From Acidimicrobiales bacterium (GTDB lineage: Bacteria > Actinomycetota > Acidimicrobiia > Acidimicrobiales > SZUA-35), in assembly GCA_028285495.1 (NCBI GenBank), contig JANQPB010000038.1, positions 34,161 through 98,160 on the forward strand: a DNA stretch of 64,000 bases. The letters run 5' to 3'. The position numbers and the translations under genes were made by a program. Below are positions 19,899 to 28,546 of this stretch, in pieces (the first letter of the stretch is position 1; every line of letters starts with the position of its first letter). The notes under the pieces are model-generated. The model was given only the letters and a program-made list of their open reading frames with translations, ran no database searches and was not told where the DNA came from.

Positions 19899-20201
19899 CG
19901 GACCTCCCGTGCCGGCAGCTGGCCGGGCTTGCCCAGCGGTCCGGTCCGCACCATCGGTCGACTCATCACTCCGTTCAACCCGAACGCTGGCGCCAACCTC
20001 CAGATGTTCACCCTCATGGGACAACATGACCCCGATCGACCGGGCCGGCGCCAGGTCGACCTTCTGTCCACCCGGTAGGTGGCGGGAACCGTCGAGCGGC
20101 TCGATGAGGCGACCGAGTTGGCAATCCAGCGCCTCACCCCGGTCGGCGACCATACCGTCAGGATCAACCCGGCCGAGCGGCGTGCTCGGGCCGGTTCCAG
20201 G

Positions 20202-22379
20202 TCAGAGGAGGCCGAGGTCTCGGGCGGTTTGGACCGCGGTCTTGCGGTCGGTGACTCCGAGCTTCCGGTAGATCGCTCGGCAGTGGCTCTTGACCGTGTT
20301 GAGCGACACGTAGAGCTCCGAGGCGATGTCACGCTGGGAGAGCTCGCTCGGCAGGAGCCGGAGCACCGCATACTCACGATCGGTGAGCTCCTCGATCAAT
20401 TCGACGATCTTGGGCGCTGCGACGTCGGTCCCGTGGCGGCTCTCGGCTCGGGCCAGGAAGACACCGGTGAACCCAGGATCGGGACAGCGATCGATGACCG
20501 TTCGGGCTTCGGCAAGAAGGCCAGGACCCTCGGGATCGCCCTGGACGCTCAAGACGTCGCCTGCGCTCACCAAGGCGTAGGCCAACATGAGGAACTCTGG
20601 AGCTCGTCGAGCCAGCTCGACTCCTCGGCGGGCCGATCTGGCCGCCTCTGCGGGGTCGGTAGAGGTGCGGGCCACGATGCTGTGGGCCAGTGCAGTTTGC
20701 GGGGCTTCGGTCAGCGAGTAGCGGTCAGCGAGTTCGAGTGCGGTGCGGGCGTGACGCTCGGCCGAGGCGGGGGATCCGTCCTCGAGGTCGGCCGTGGCGA
20801 CCGAGATCGGAGCGATGGTAGCGACGAAGTGGTCAGGCTCAGCGGCCGCCATCTCAAGAGCGAGATCGAGGACGGGCCGAGCGTCGTCGAATCGACCGGC
20901 ACAGACCAGGGCCAGGCCCAGCGCCATGGCTTGGGTCGCCTCGGTCGGCTCCGTCGAGCCTGCCGCGGCGCCGAGCGCGCCAGCGACGTCACCAGCGGCG
21001 ATGTAGGTCATGATCCCGAGTGCGGCGATCAGGCCCTCGTCGGCGCCGTCGATATCGATCTGGTAGGCGGCGCGGTGGCATCGTTTGGCCTCGGCGAAGC
21101 GGCCGGCAATAAGTGCCACCCAGCCACGGACCACCAGGGCACCGACGTGGGTATCGGCCACGTCTCCGAGCCGATCGAGGTGCCCGATCACGGTTCGGAG
21201 CTGACCGCCATTGAGCAGCGCCGTTGCGTGTTCGACGATGAGGTCTGCGGCTGTCGCCCGTTCTCCCGCTGACAGGTAGTGCTCGATGGCATCGTGCATG
21301 CTGCCGTTGAGTCGGTGCCAGTCAGCGGCCGCCCGATGGAGGTCCGCCATTTGGTCGGCGAGTGCCGTCTCAGCCTCGAGCAGAAGAAGATCTCGGAGCA
21401 GATGGTGGTAGCGGTACCACGTCCCCGACCGATCCAGCCCGATGAGAAGCTGGTTGGTGGCAGCGGTCCGGCGGAGCCACGCTCCCCCACCGCCAAGCCC
21501 AGTCACCGCATCGATCAGTGGGCCGGTCAATCGCTCCAGCACCGACGTCGCCAACAGCCGCTGCCGATCCTCATCGGTGACGGTTGCGAGCAGCTCGTCG
21601 CTCAGGTAGTCGACGATCAACTGGTCGTCGCCCCGGAACCCATCAACGAACCCATCGATGCTGCTGGCCGACCGCATCGAGAGCTCGGCGAGAACGAGGC
21701 CGGCCGCCCACCCCTCGGTCCGTTGTACCAGCGCACCGACGATCTCGGCATCGATCGAGGCCGAACTGAGGAGCGGGCCGGCCTCGGCCCGGTCGAACCG
21801 CAGGTCGGCAGCTCTGATCTCGGTCAGCTGACCTCTCACCCGGAGCCGCCCCAACCGGAACGGTGGATCCATCCTGGTCGACAGGACCAGGGTGACCTGT
21901 GGTGGACACAACTCGATCAGCCGTTCCACCTCAGATTGGACCTGGTCGCTGTCGATCACGTGATAGTCATCGATCACGACCACGAGAGGAGTCGTCAGCG
22001 CAGACAGCGCGTTCGCCAGGGCCGCCACCAAACCAGTGCCGTCGGCCGCAGCGCTCGGCACCCGAGGGCCGACGCTTGCCTCGACCTTGGGATCGATACG
22101 CCCGATTGCGGCCACGACGTAGGACCAGAAACGAGCCGAATCGGAGTCGCTGCTCTCGGCCTGGAACCACGCCACGGGCGATGGGCGCTCGGAAAGCCAC
22201 CCAGCGAGCAACGTCGACTTGCCCGCACCAGCCGGGGCGCTGAGCAGCACCATCCGATGACGCTCATCCAGGGCGAGGTCGAGCAACTCGTGCAGTCGTG
22301 GCCGCACCACGAATGGGCCTGGGAGCGTCGGTGGGACCAGTTTGGTCAGCACCAGCTCGCCGGCGTCGGTGTCGGTCAT
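20202..22379 (-). CDS. LAL/MalT-type LuxR-family regulator, copy 2 (more divergent)
   Basis: Walker A SAPAGAGKST, Walker B VVVIDDYH, C-terminal LTDREYAVLRLL...SLNTVKSHCRAIYRKLGV. Confidence 0.9.
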   Translation of the reverse strand: MTDTDAGELVLTKLVPPTLPGPFVVRPRLHELLDLALDERHRMVLLSAPAGAGKSTLLAGWLSERPSPVAWFQAESSDSDSARFWSYVVAAIGRIDPKVEASVGPRVPSAAADGTGLVAALANALSALTTPLVVVIDDYHVIDSDQVQSEVERLIELCPPQVTLVLSTRMDPPFRLGRLRVRGQLTEIRAADLRFDRAEAGPLLSSASIDAEIVGALVQRTEGWAAGLVLAELSMRSASSIDGFVDGFRGDDQLIVDYLSDELLATVTDEDRQRLLATSVLERLTGPLIDAVTGLGGGGAWLRRTAATNQLLIGLDRSGTWYRYHHLLRDLLLLEAETALADQMADLHRAAADWHRLNGSMHDAIEHYLSAGERATAADLIVEHATALLNGGQLRTVIGHLDRLGDVADTHVGALVVRGWVALIAGRFAEAKRCHRAAYQIDIDGADEGLIAALGIMTYIAAGDVAGALGAAAGSTEPTEATQAMALGLALVCAGRFDDARPVLDLALEMAAAEPDHFVATIAPISVATADLEDGSPASAERHARTALELADRYSLTEAPQTALAHSIVARTSTDPAEAARSARRGVELARRAPEFLMLAYALVSAGDVLSVQGDPEGPGLLAEARTVIDRCPDPGFTGVFLARAESRHGTDVAAPKIVELIEELTDREYAVLRLLPSELSQRDIASELYVSLNTVKSHCRAIYRKLGVTDRKTAVQTARDLGLL

Positions 22380-22649
22380 CGCTTCACGTGCCGATAGATC
22401 GATGCCCGGCTCACCCCGACCACCTCAGCGATCGCGGCCACCGTGTCGTCACCGGTATCGAGCATCCTGCGAGCGGTGGCGATCTTGTCCGGCGTCATGA
22501 CGCTCGGCCGACTCGGGCGGCTCATCCAACGCACCAGACGCGTGGTCGGTGAACAACCGGGAACAGCCAGCTACCTCCAGGGCGTCGACTTGCAGCGACG
22601 GATCCTGATCTGCTGCCGAGACCCGCGCATAGCCCAGGAGTTCCCCCAT
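22376..22649 (-). pseudogene. Serine recombinase (resolvase/invertase family) relic with internal deletion and frameshift
   Basis: The N-terminal piece MGELLGYARVSAADQDPSLQVDALEVAGCSRLFTDHASG carries the catalytic-Ser motif. In another frame, 22376..22498 encodes only the C-terminal HTH (MTPDKIATARRMLDTGDDTVAAIAEVVGVSRASIYRHVKR). The ~100-aa catalytic core between them is missing. Confidence 0.7.
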
Positions 22650-22813
22650 CTCCCGCGACACTATCTCAGAGAGGCTCATGGAGAAGGCTCGTGAGACGTT
22701 GACTTCGGACACGAGTTCCGAACACCGACCGGAGGTTCTCCATCACCCCGGGCCCGCTTGTCCCAGAATCGTTCGTTGCGGAGATGCCAGACCGAGGTCC
22801 CCGCCCGTCTCGT

Positions 22814-23380
22814 TCACGTGAGGTGGTCGAGCGTGGTGGCGATGACGGGTTCCAAGATGGAGTGGTCGACGCCGGTGGTGGCCATGACCATGAGTCCTTG
22901 CATGAGGACCAGGATGGTCTCAGCGGCGGTGTCGGGGTCGACGCCTGAGGCTCGCTGGTCGGCCGGGGCTGTGCGGAACGCTCGTTGGAGTTGTTGGCGG
23001 GTGATCTCGAACGCCGCGGCGGTTGCGGTTACGGCGGCGGGGTGTTGGTCGTTGCGTTCACAGGCGGTGTTGACGACGAGGCAGCCGCGTCCCTGGGCGC
23101 TGTCGACGAGGGCGGTGAGGATCAGGTGGAGTCGGTCTCGGAGGGGGAGGTCGAGGTCGAGGGTGTTGTCGACGAAGCGTTGGCCTTGGTCGATGTAGCG
23201 CTGGAGGGCGAGGTCGTAGAGGTTGTCCTTGTTGCCGAACGTGTCGTAGATGGAGCCTCGGTTGATACCGAGGTGGTCGACGAGGTCTTGGACCGAGGTG
23301 GCGGCGTGGCCTTTCGAGCGGAACAGGTCGACGGCTCGGTCGATGGTGGCGTCGACGTCGAACTCTTTGGTGCGGGCCAT
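22814..23380 (-). CDS. TetR-family transcriptional regulator
   Basis: ORF 22814..23614 trimmed to the ATG at 23380 (MARTKEFDVDATIDRAVDLFRSKGHAATSVQDLVDHLGINRGSIYDTFGNK, a TetR HTH). Confidence 0.9.
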   Translation of the reverse strand: MARTKEFDVDATIDRAVDLFRSKGHAATSVQDLVDHLGINRGSIYDTFGNKDNLYDLALQRYIDQGQRFVDNTLDLDLPLRDRLHLILTALVDSAQGRGCLVVNTACERNDQHPAAVTATAAAFEITRQQLQRAFRTAPADQRASGVDPDTAAETILVLMQGLMVMATTGVDHSILEPVIATTLDHLT

Positions 23381-23399
23381 GGTGGGGGTCTCGGTTGGT

Positions 23400-23885
23400 T
23401 CAGTCGGCGTTCGGTCGGCCGGCGAAGTGGGTGATGACGTCGGGCCGGAACAGGAGTCCGATGACGGCGAGCTGGAGGGCGAGGAAGAGGCTGATGGAGC
23501 CGTAGGTGAGGGCTGCGTTGTCGAGGGGGTGGATCCACTGGGTGGCGAGCCCGTGCACGTAGTCGAAGGCGCCGATGGCGTTGTAGCCGATGAGGGCTCC
23601 CCAGACCACGACACCGCGGCGGCTCCAGGCCAGGTAGGCCATGACGGGTACGAGGAGTCCGAGGATGGTGTCGCTGACCCAGGGCGCGAACCAGGCGTCG
23701 GGGCTGGTGCCGTCGAACATCTCCAACGAGGGCAGTCGGAACACGACGGAGAACCGTGTGATCGTGAGCAGCATCAGAACGGTGATCCAGACCAAGGCCC
23801 GGGGTCGTGTCGAGTCTGCCGTCGCCGCAGCGATGGTCGGTCCGGGGGTTGGGGTGAGCGTGGTGTTCGATGTCATGCCCATCAC
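23400..23885 (-). CDS. Hypothetical four-TM membrane protein (upstream gene of the TetR operon)
   Basis: Hydrophobic helices; alternative starts at 23882 and 23876. No family recognised. Confidence 0.55.
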   Translation of the reverse strand: MMGMTSNTTLTPTPGPTIAAATADSTRPRALVWITVLMLLTITRFSVVFRLPSLEMFDGTSPDAWFAPWVSDTILGLLVPVMAYLAWSRRGVVVWGALIGYNAIGAFDYVHGLATQWIHPLDNAALTYGSISLFLALQLAVIGLLFRPDVITHFAGRPNAD

Positions 23886-23898
23886 GCTGGCTTATTTG

Positions 23899-23910
23899 GA
23901 ACGTACGTTC
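23899..23910. promoter_or_regulatory. 12-bp perfect palindrome GAACGTACGTTC, candidate TetR operator
   Basis: It lies in an AT-richer patch (TTATTTGGAACGTACGTTCAAGAAAGG) 14-23 nt upstream of the possible starts of the membrane-protein/TetR operon. Confidence 0.4.
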
Positions 23911-24513
23911 AAGAAAGGTTGGCCCTGCCTCGTTCCCAGAATCGAGTCGCAACACGAAGCCGGTCTGGCTCGACGGCGCCAACGCCCCGGGAAGGCCGGC
24001 CTTCCCAGGCCGCTTGGCAACGGGACCACTCGGGGTCCCGGCGGGCATCCTTGCCTCGACTTCTGCTTGGTTCTCACCTTCGAGGGAAGCCAGACTCCGC
24101 CATCCGGTGATCCCTGCGCAGCGCCGGTGCCGCTACCCAGACGGGAGGTGACTCCCGGCGCCTCGCGTTGATCAGCTCGTCGCTCGTGGCCAGCCGCACT
24201 CGAGGAGCGCAGCGGGCCAAGCCCATCGGCGGCAGGCGGATTGGTCGCAGTGGGCGGCATCGTCGCCATCGTTTGCAGCGGCTCGATACCAGCTCTTGCG
24301 AAACCAACGCGGGCCGCCGGGGTCGGGCACGTACCCGCCTCGTCGCTGGCGACGCCGAGCAACCCGTCGTCATGCGAGCAGTTCCGGCGATATCGCTCTA
24401 CCTGACCACACCTTCATCTCAGCGACCGACAGTGGAACCCGTCTCCCCGCAGTCACTCAACGTGCTCACCAGCCTCTGACCCGCAAGCTCGTTGCAGCAG
24501 TGACTCCCACCTC

Positions 24514-24774
24514 CTACGAGTCGTCGGCGGGTTTGGCGAGGAAGAGGACGAGCCCGTGGACGGCGATACCGAGGCTCCAGCCGATGAGGGCCCAGACGGA
24601 CCACCAGGCCGACCATTGACCGGCGATGCCGGCGGAGAGGTTGACGAAGAGGTTCACGGCGAAGATGACCGTCATCGTCACTGCGAAGACGCCGGCATGG
24701 GCCTGGAAGGCACGAACCTGGCGCGGGTACTCGTTGGTGGTTGGCGTCGAGTTGATCTGATCGTGGGTTGACAT
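24514..24774 (-). CDS. Small 2TM-domain membrane protein (86 aa)
   Basis: ORF 24514..25173 trimmed to the ATG at 24774 (MSTHDQ...). Two helices separated by GQWSAWWSVWALIGW, which is 2TM-domain-like. Confidence 0.6.
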   Translation of the reverse strand: MSTHDQINSTPTTNEYPRQVRAFQAHAGVFAVTMTVIFAVNLFVNLSAGIAGQWSAWWSVWALIGWSLGIAVHGLVLFLAKPADDS

Positions 24775-24824
24775 GAAGCCAGCCTGCCGACGGTCGATGT
24801 GAGGCGTCATCGCTCGCCCGCTCA

Positions 24825-24840
24825 TCTCACCATGGTGAGA
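24825..24840 (-). promoter_or_regulatory. Palindrome copy c (TCTCACCATGGTGAGA)
   Basis: Perfect palindrome. Its centre is 58.5 nt upstream of the 2TM gene ATG. It is followed after 21 nt by CTCACATC in gene orientation. Confidence 0.55.
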
Positions 24841-24887
24841 TCGCGCCGAACCTGGAGGGCTCAGGGGCTCTGACCGGCGATGATCGT

Positions 24888-27092
24888 CTAGAGCAGGTCG
24901 TGATCTCGGGCGGCCTGAACCGCAGACTTGCGGTCGCTCACACCGAGCTTGCGGTAGATGGCCTTGCAGTGGGTCCGCACGGTGTTGAGCGACACGTACA
25001 ACTCGCCGGCGATATCTCGATGGGAGAGTTGCGACGGCAGGTACCGCAACACGGCGTGTTCGCGGTCCGTCAGCTTCTCCACCAAGCCCGGCGAGTCGGG
25101 CGGTGCGGGGAGCGTGCCCTGGCGGGCCTCGACGCGGTGGAGGTACTGGCCGACGATGCCCGGGTCGGGGCACCGATCGAGAATCGTTCGGGCTTGGCGC
25201 AGCAGATCATGGCCGTCGGGGTGGTCATGCCGAGACACGACCTCAGCCGCCGAGGTCAGGGCGTAGGCGCGGGTGAGGGCCATGGCGGTCTCGTCTGCGA
25301 GTGCAGCTCCCCGTCGAGCAGCTGCGACGGACTCGTCGGGTTGGTCGCTGGTCCGGCCGATGATGCTGTGAGCCAGCGCAACGCGGGTGGTGTCGTTCAA
25401 CCCCTCGGCGGCTGCGATGTCGAGCGCCCGTTCTGCGGCTCGTCTGGCATCAGCGGCGCCGCCGGTCTCGAGGGCGATGATGGCCTCGCAGACCGGGACG
25501 CTGGCAGCGACGAGGGTGTTGCCTTGTTGGTCCGCAAGCCGTTCGGCCACCCCCAGCAGGGAAGCCGCCTCGTCGAAGTCGCCGGCCCAGGTCCGAACCC
25601 AGATCAGGCTCAGGGCCTGGGCCGCCTCGGTCGGATGATCCGACGCCCGGGCTTCCTGCAGAGCGGAGCCGACGTCACCGGAAGCCATCGCGATGTAGAC
25701 GGCGAGCGCGATGGTCAGGCGGATCTCGTCGTCGTCAGGTCCGAGCGTGCGGGCCAGGTCGAGAGAGTACTGGGCGTCGGGGAGCCGCCCGGCGAACAAG
25801 GCGAGAAAGCCGCTGACGACCGTGGTGCCGACGTGTTCGTCGGCTAGCGGGCCGAGGCCAGTGATCTGGCGTCGGAGGGTGGCGAGTTGACCGCTGTTGA
25901 GCAGTTCGTTCGCCTCGTCATGGATGAGGTCGGCGGCCTCGTCGTGGTCACCACTGTTCAGGTAGTGCTCGATAGCGTCCATGGCTGAGCCGTGGTCGCG
26001 GTGCCATCCGCCAGCCCGTCGGTGGAGCTCGGCGAGCTCACCCCTGATCGAGTTCTCGGCCTCGACCCGGAGAAGGTCGGCGAGCAGGTGGTGGTAGCGG
26101 AACCAGGTGCCATTCCGGTCGAGGCCGATCAGCAGCTGGTTGGTGGCCGCCAAACGGCGGAGCCATCCGCCGCCATCGGTGATCTCGCACACGGCTTCGA
26201 CGAGGGGCCCGGAGAGGCGCTCCAGGATCGAGGTTCGCAGCAGCCGTTCCCGGTCCTCGGGTGGGAGACCGGCGAGGAACTCCTCGGTGAGGTAGTCGAC
26301 GACGAGGCGGTCATCGCCTTGGAACGCAGCGACGAAGGCGTCAGCATCTTCACTGTCGGCCAAGGACATGCCGGCCAGGACCAGACCGGCCGCCCAGCCC
26401 TCGGTTCGCTCACAGAGCGCGGCGACCTGGTGGGGAAGCGGGGCGGAGCCTTGCCGGCCGAGCAACACCGCAGCTTCGGGAGGTGCGAAGCGGAGATCAT
26501 CGGCCCGGATCTCGAGCAGACGACCACGAACCCGGAGCCTTGAGAGCCGAAGTGACGGGTCGACCCGGGAGCACACGACGAGGGTGAAGGTGGGCGGGGC
26601 CAGGTCGACGAGTCGCTCGATGCCATGGTCGACGTCCTGGTTGGCGATCAGGTGATAGTCGTCGACGACCAACGTGACCGGCTCAGCCCACTGTTCGAGG
26701 TGATTGGCCAGACGCTCGATCAGTGGCCTGGCGTCCGCACCCGACCCTGGGACGGTCGACGCCACGGCACGGTCGAGCCCGGGCAGCTGCCGGCCGAGCG
26801 CGGCGACCGCATGGGTCCAGAAGCGGGCCGGGTCGTGATCGGCGCTGTCAGCTTGCAGCCAGCCGGCAGCGATCTCGGCGGCGTGCAACCAGGCCGCCAC
26901 GAGGGTCGATTTGCCCGAGCCGGCCGGGGCACTCACGACGACCACCCGAACCCCCGGATCGCCGATCCCGGCGCTGAGGGCGTCTTCGAGCCGAGAACGC
27001 CGAACCAGCTGCACTGGCGGTGTCGGGGCGGTCACCTTCGTGCCGACGAGAGTCACCGTGTCAGCCGTGGCCACCCTCACCTCACCATCCAC
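24888..27092 (-). CDS. LAL/MalT-type LuxR-family regulator, copy 3 (close paralogue of copy 1, inverted orientation)
   Basis: I count 67 of 92 N-terminal residues identical to copy 1 by hand alignment. Walker A SAPAGSGKST, C-terminal LTDREHAVLRYL...SLNTVRTHCKAIYRKLGV. Confidence 0.9.
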   Translation of the reverse strand: MDGEVRVATADTVTLVGTKVTAPTPPVQLVRRSRLEDALSAGIGDPGVRVVVVSAPAGSGKSTLVAAWLHAAEIAAGWLQADSADHDPARFWTHAVAALGRQLPGLDRAVASTVPGSGADARPLIERLANHLEQWAEPVTLVVDDYHLIANQDVDHGIERLVDLAPPTFTLVVCSRVDPSLRLSRLRVRGRLLEIRADDLRFAPPEAAVLLGRQGSAPLPHQVAALCERTEGWAAGLVLAGMSLADSEDADAFVAAFQGDDRLVVDYLTEEFLAGLPPEDRERLLRTSILERLSGPLVEAVCEITDGGGWLRRLAATNQLLIGLDRNGTWFRYHHLLADLLRVEAENSIRGELAELHRRAGGWHRDHGSAMDAIEHYLNSGDHDEAADLIHDEANELLNSGQLATLRRQITGLGPLADEHVGTTVVSGFLALFAGRLPDAQYSLDLARTLGPDDDEIRLTIALAVYIAMASGDVGSALQEARASDHPTEAAQALSLIWVRTWAGDFDEAASLLGVAERLADQQGNTLVAASVPVCEAIIALETGGAADARRAAERALDIAAAEGLNDTTRVALAHSIIGRTSDQPDESVAAARRGAALADETAMALTRAYALTSAAEVVSRHDHPDGHDLLRQARTILDRCPDPGIVGQYLHRVEARQGTLPAPPDSPGLVEKLTDREHAVLRYLPSQLSHRDIAGELYVSLNTVRTHCKAIYRKLGVSDRKSAVQAARDHDLL

Positions 27093-27142
27093 CCGTCTGA
27101 TCCTAGGAGCGGCAGCCGTGGCCGGGCCGAACCAGACCCGTG

Positions 27143-27158
27143 TCTCACCATGGTGAGA
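27143..27158 (+). promoter_or_regulatory. Palindrome copy d (TCTCACCATGGTGAGA) in a divergent promoter region
   Basis: Perfect palindrome. Its centre is 57.5 nt from the ATG at 27208. It is followed after 20 nt by CTCACATC and by the same GGGGATGGTGAGGCC-ATG RBS context as copy b. Confidence 0.55.
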
Positions 27159-27207
27159 TCGGCCGGTTGTGAGGCCGACTCACATCACCAGCGGGGATGG
27201 TGAGGCC

Positions 27208-27342
27208 ATGGACAAGCCCACTACCTACGAGATCGCGATTTCGGGTCGGGCCACCGAACGCCTGCTCGGCCGGCTGACGGACGACTTCGTGGTCGATCGG
27301 CCGGCCCTGCCCCCAGGCCGTGACCGCCGGAGGTGTCCATGA
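27208..27342 (+). pseudogene. Truncated paralogue (44 codons) of the 84-aa small protein
   Basis: MDKPTTYEIAISGRATERLLGRLTDDFVVDRP aligns with MNEPTTYEIVVRGRATERILRPLLDDFAVDHP. It then diverges and stops, overlapping the next gene start. Too short to appear in the ORF track. Confidence 0.5.
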
Positions 27343-28346
27343 CCAACGTCGACGCAACCACCAACCACACTCCACCTTCAGCCGCCACCAGGGAGATTCC
27401 AATGTCATCACCAACCAACGCCGCTGGCTACAGGGCAACTCGCATCACGGACACCGTTCGGCAGCGACCAATCCACCTCGACTACTGGTACCCGGCTGCA
27501 CCGGGCAACCGGGAGACGACCATCGACTATCACTTCGGTGTCGGCGCCGTCGCCCACGAGGCGCCGCTCGCCGCCGGACCTCACCCTCTGGTCATGCTCT
27601 CCCACGGATCGATGGGCTCCGCCTCCAACTACTCGTGGATCGCCGAACACCTGGCCCGGTCGGGCTTCGTCGTCGCCGGCGTCTCCCACTACGGCGAGTC
27701 GCCCGTCTACGGGGCCGAGACGCTCGACTTCGCGGCCGCAACGCGTCTCTGGGAGCGCCCACTCGACGTGACCCGAGCGCTCGACCACACCATCGCCGAA
27801 CCCTTCTTCGCCAGCTCGCTCTCGGGTCGCGTCGGCATCATCGGACACTCAGCCGGCGGTGCCACCGCAATCGCCATCGCGGGGGCCCCATTCACCCAGG
27901 CGGCTGTCGAAGCCTACTGTGCCAGCCCAGCGGCGGAGGGCGACCTCGGCTGCGCCTATGAAGGCGACGACGCCGACAACACCCAACCGACCCAGGCCGA
28001 CCCCCGCATCGATGCCGCCGTCGCCCTCGATCCTGCGCTCGGGCCTGGTTTCTCACCCAGCGCACTCGCCTCCATCGACGTGCCCGCCCTCGTCATCGGA
28101 GCCACCCGGAACGACTTCCTGCCCCACCACGCCCACGCAGGCCATTACACCGCCCACATCCCAGGCGCACAGTCTGTCGAGCTCTCCGATGGGGAAGGTC
28201 ACTTCGTCTTTCTCGACACCACCGACCTCGCTTTCGACGTCATGGGCATCGGTCTCGGTGAGGACCGCCCCGGTATCGACCGGCGCGCCGTCCACGACCG
28301 ACTCAAGCCGGTCATCGCCGACTTCTTCAACGGTGCGCTCGGCTAG
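27333..28346 (+). CDS. Alpha/beta hydrolase (dienelactone hydrolase / PAF-acetylhydrolase-like)
   Basis: Nucleophile elbow GHSAGGATA, VMLSHGSMGS oxyanion region and a late His (GEGHFVFLD). Start uncertain (27333, 27339 or 27402). Confidence 0.75.
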   Translation: MSMTNVDATTNHTPPSAATREIPMSSPTNAAGYRATRITDTVRQRPIHLDYWYPAAPGNRETTIDYHFGVGAVAHEAPLAAGPHPLVMLSHGSMGSASNYSWIAEHLARSGFVVAGVSHYGESPVYGAETLDFAAATRLWERPLDVTRALDHTIAEPFFASSLSGRVGIIGHSAGGATAIAIAGAPFTQAAVEAYCASPAAEGDLGCAYEGDDADNTQPTQADPRIDAAVALDPALGPGFSPSALASIDVPALVIGATRNDFLPHHAHAGHYTAHIPGAQSVELSDGEGHFVFLDTTDLAFDVMGIGLGEDRPGIDRRAVHDRLKPVIADFFNGALG

Positions 28347-28546
28347 ATCGCTCGCTCTCCACGAGGGCGCAGCACCTGGTACGCATCCCGGGCGACCCCA
28401 TCCCGGCCAATGACGTAGCCCCTGACCGGCCCGCGAGAAGGCGGTCGGTTCCGCTGACCAAGGCCGTGTCGGGCCGCTCCTGAAGACGATCCAGGTCTGG
28501 AGAGCACAGGGCGTGTCGGTCCTTCGAGTACATGACGTCGGTCCCA

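Noticed and set aside
19899-20201. A 300-bp convergent gap between LAL copies 1 and 2 with a minus-strand reading ...GEALDCQLGRLIEPLDGSRHLPGGQKVDLAPARSIGVMLSHEGEHLEVGASVRVE that looked vaguely like a dehydrogenase fragment.
   Set aside because: I could anchor no diagnostic motif, and the frame is contiguous with spurious ORFs that overlap the LAL genes. It could be a gene remnant, but the evidence is insufficient.
23886-24513. A 630-bp gap between the TetR-operon promoter and the 2TM gene, containing track ORFs (23892..24362, 24074..24373) and an 18-bp GC palindrome GGGAAGGCCGGCCTTCCC (23989..24006).
   Set aside because: The ORF translations are Arg/Pro-rich with no motif. The GC hairpin lacks a T-tract and any clear upstream gene end, so I did not call it a terminator. 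It is possibly decayed element DNA.
17694-27092. Whether the three STAND ATPase proteins are Avs/antiviral-STAND-type defence proteins.
   Set aside because: Their C-terminal module is a canonical LuxR/FixJ HTH, not a nuclease, protease or other killing effector. Their layout (Walker A/B, helical/TPR-like middle, HTH) is that of MalT/LAL transcription activators. Cognate palindromic promoter sites are also present.
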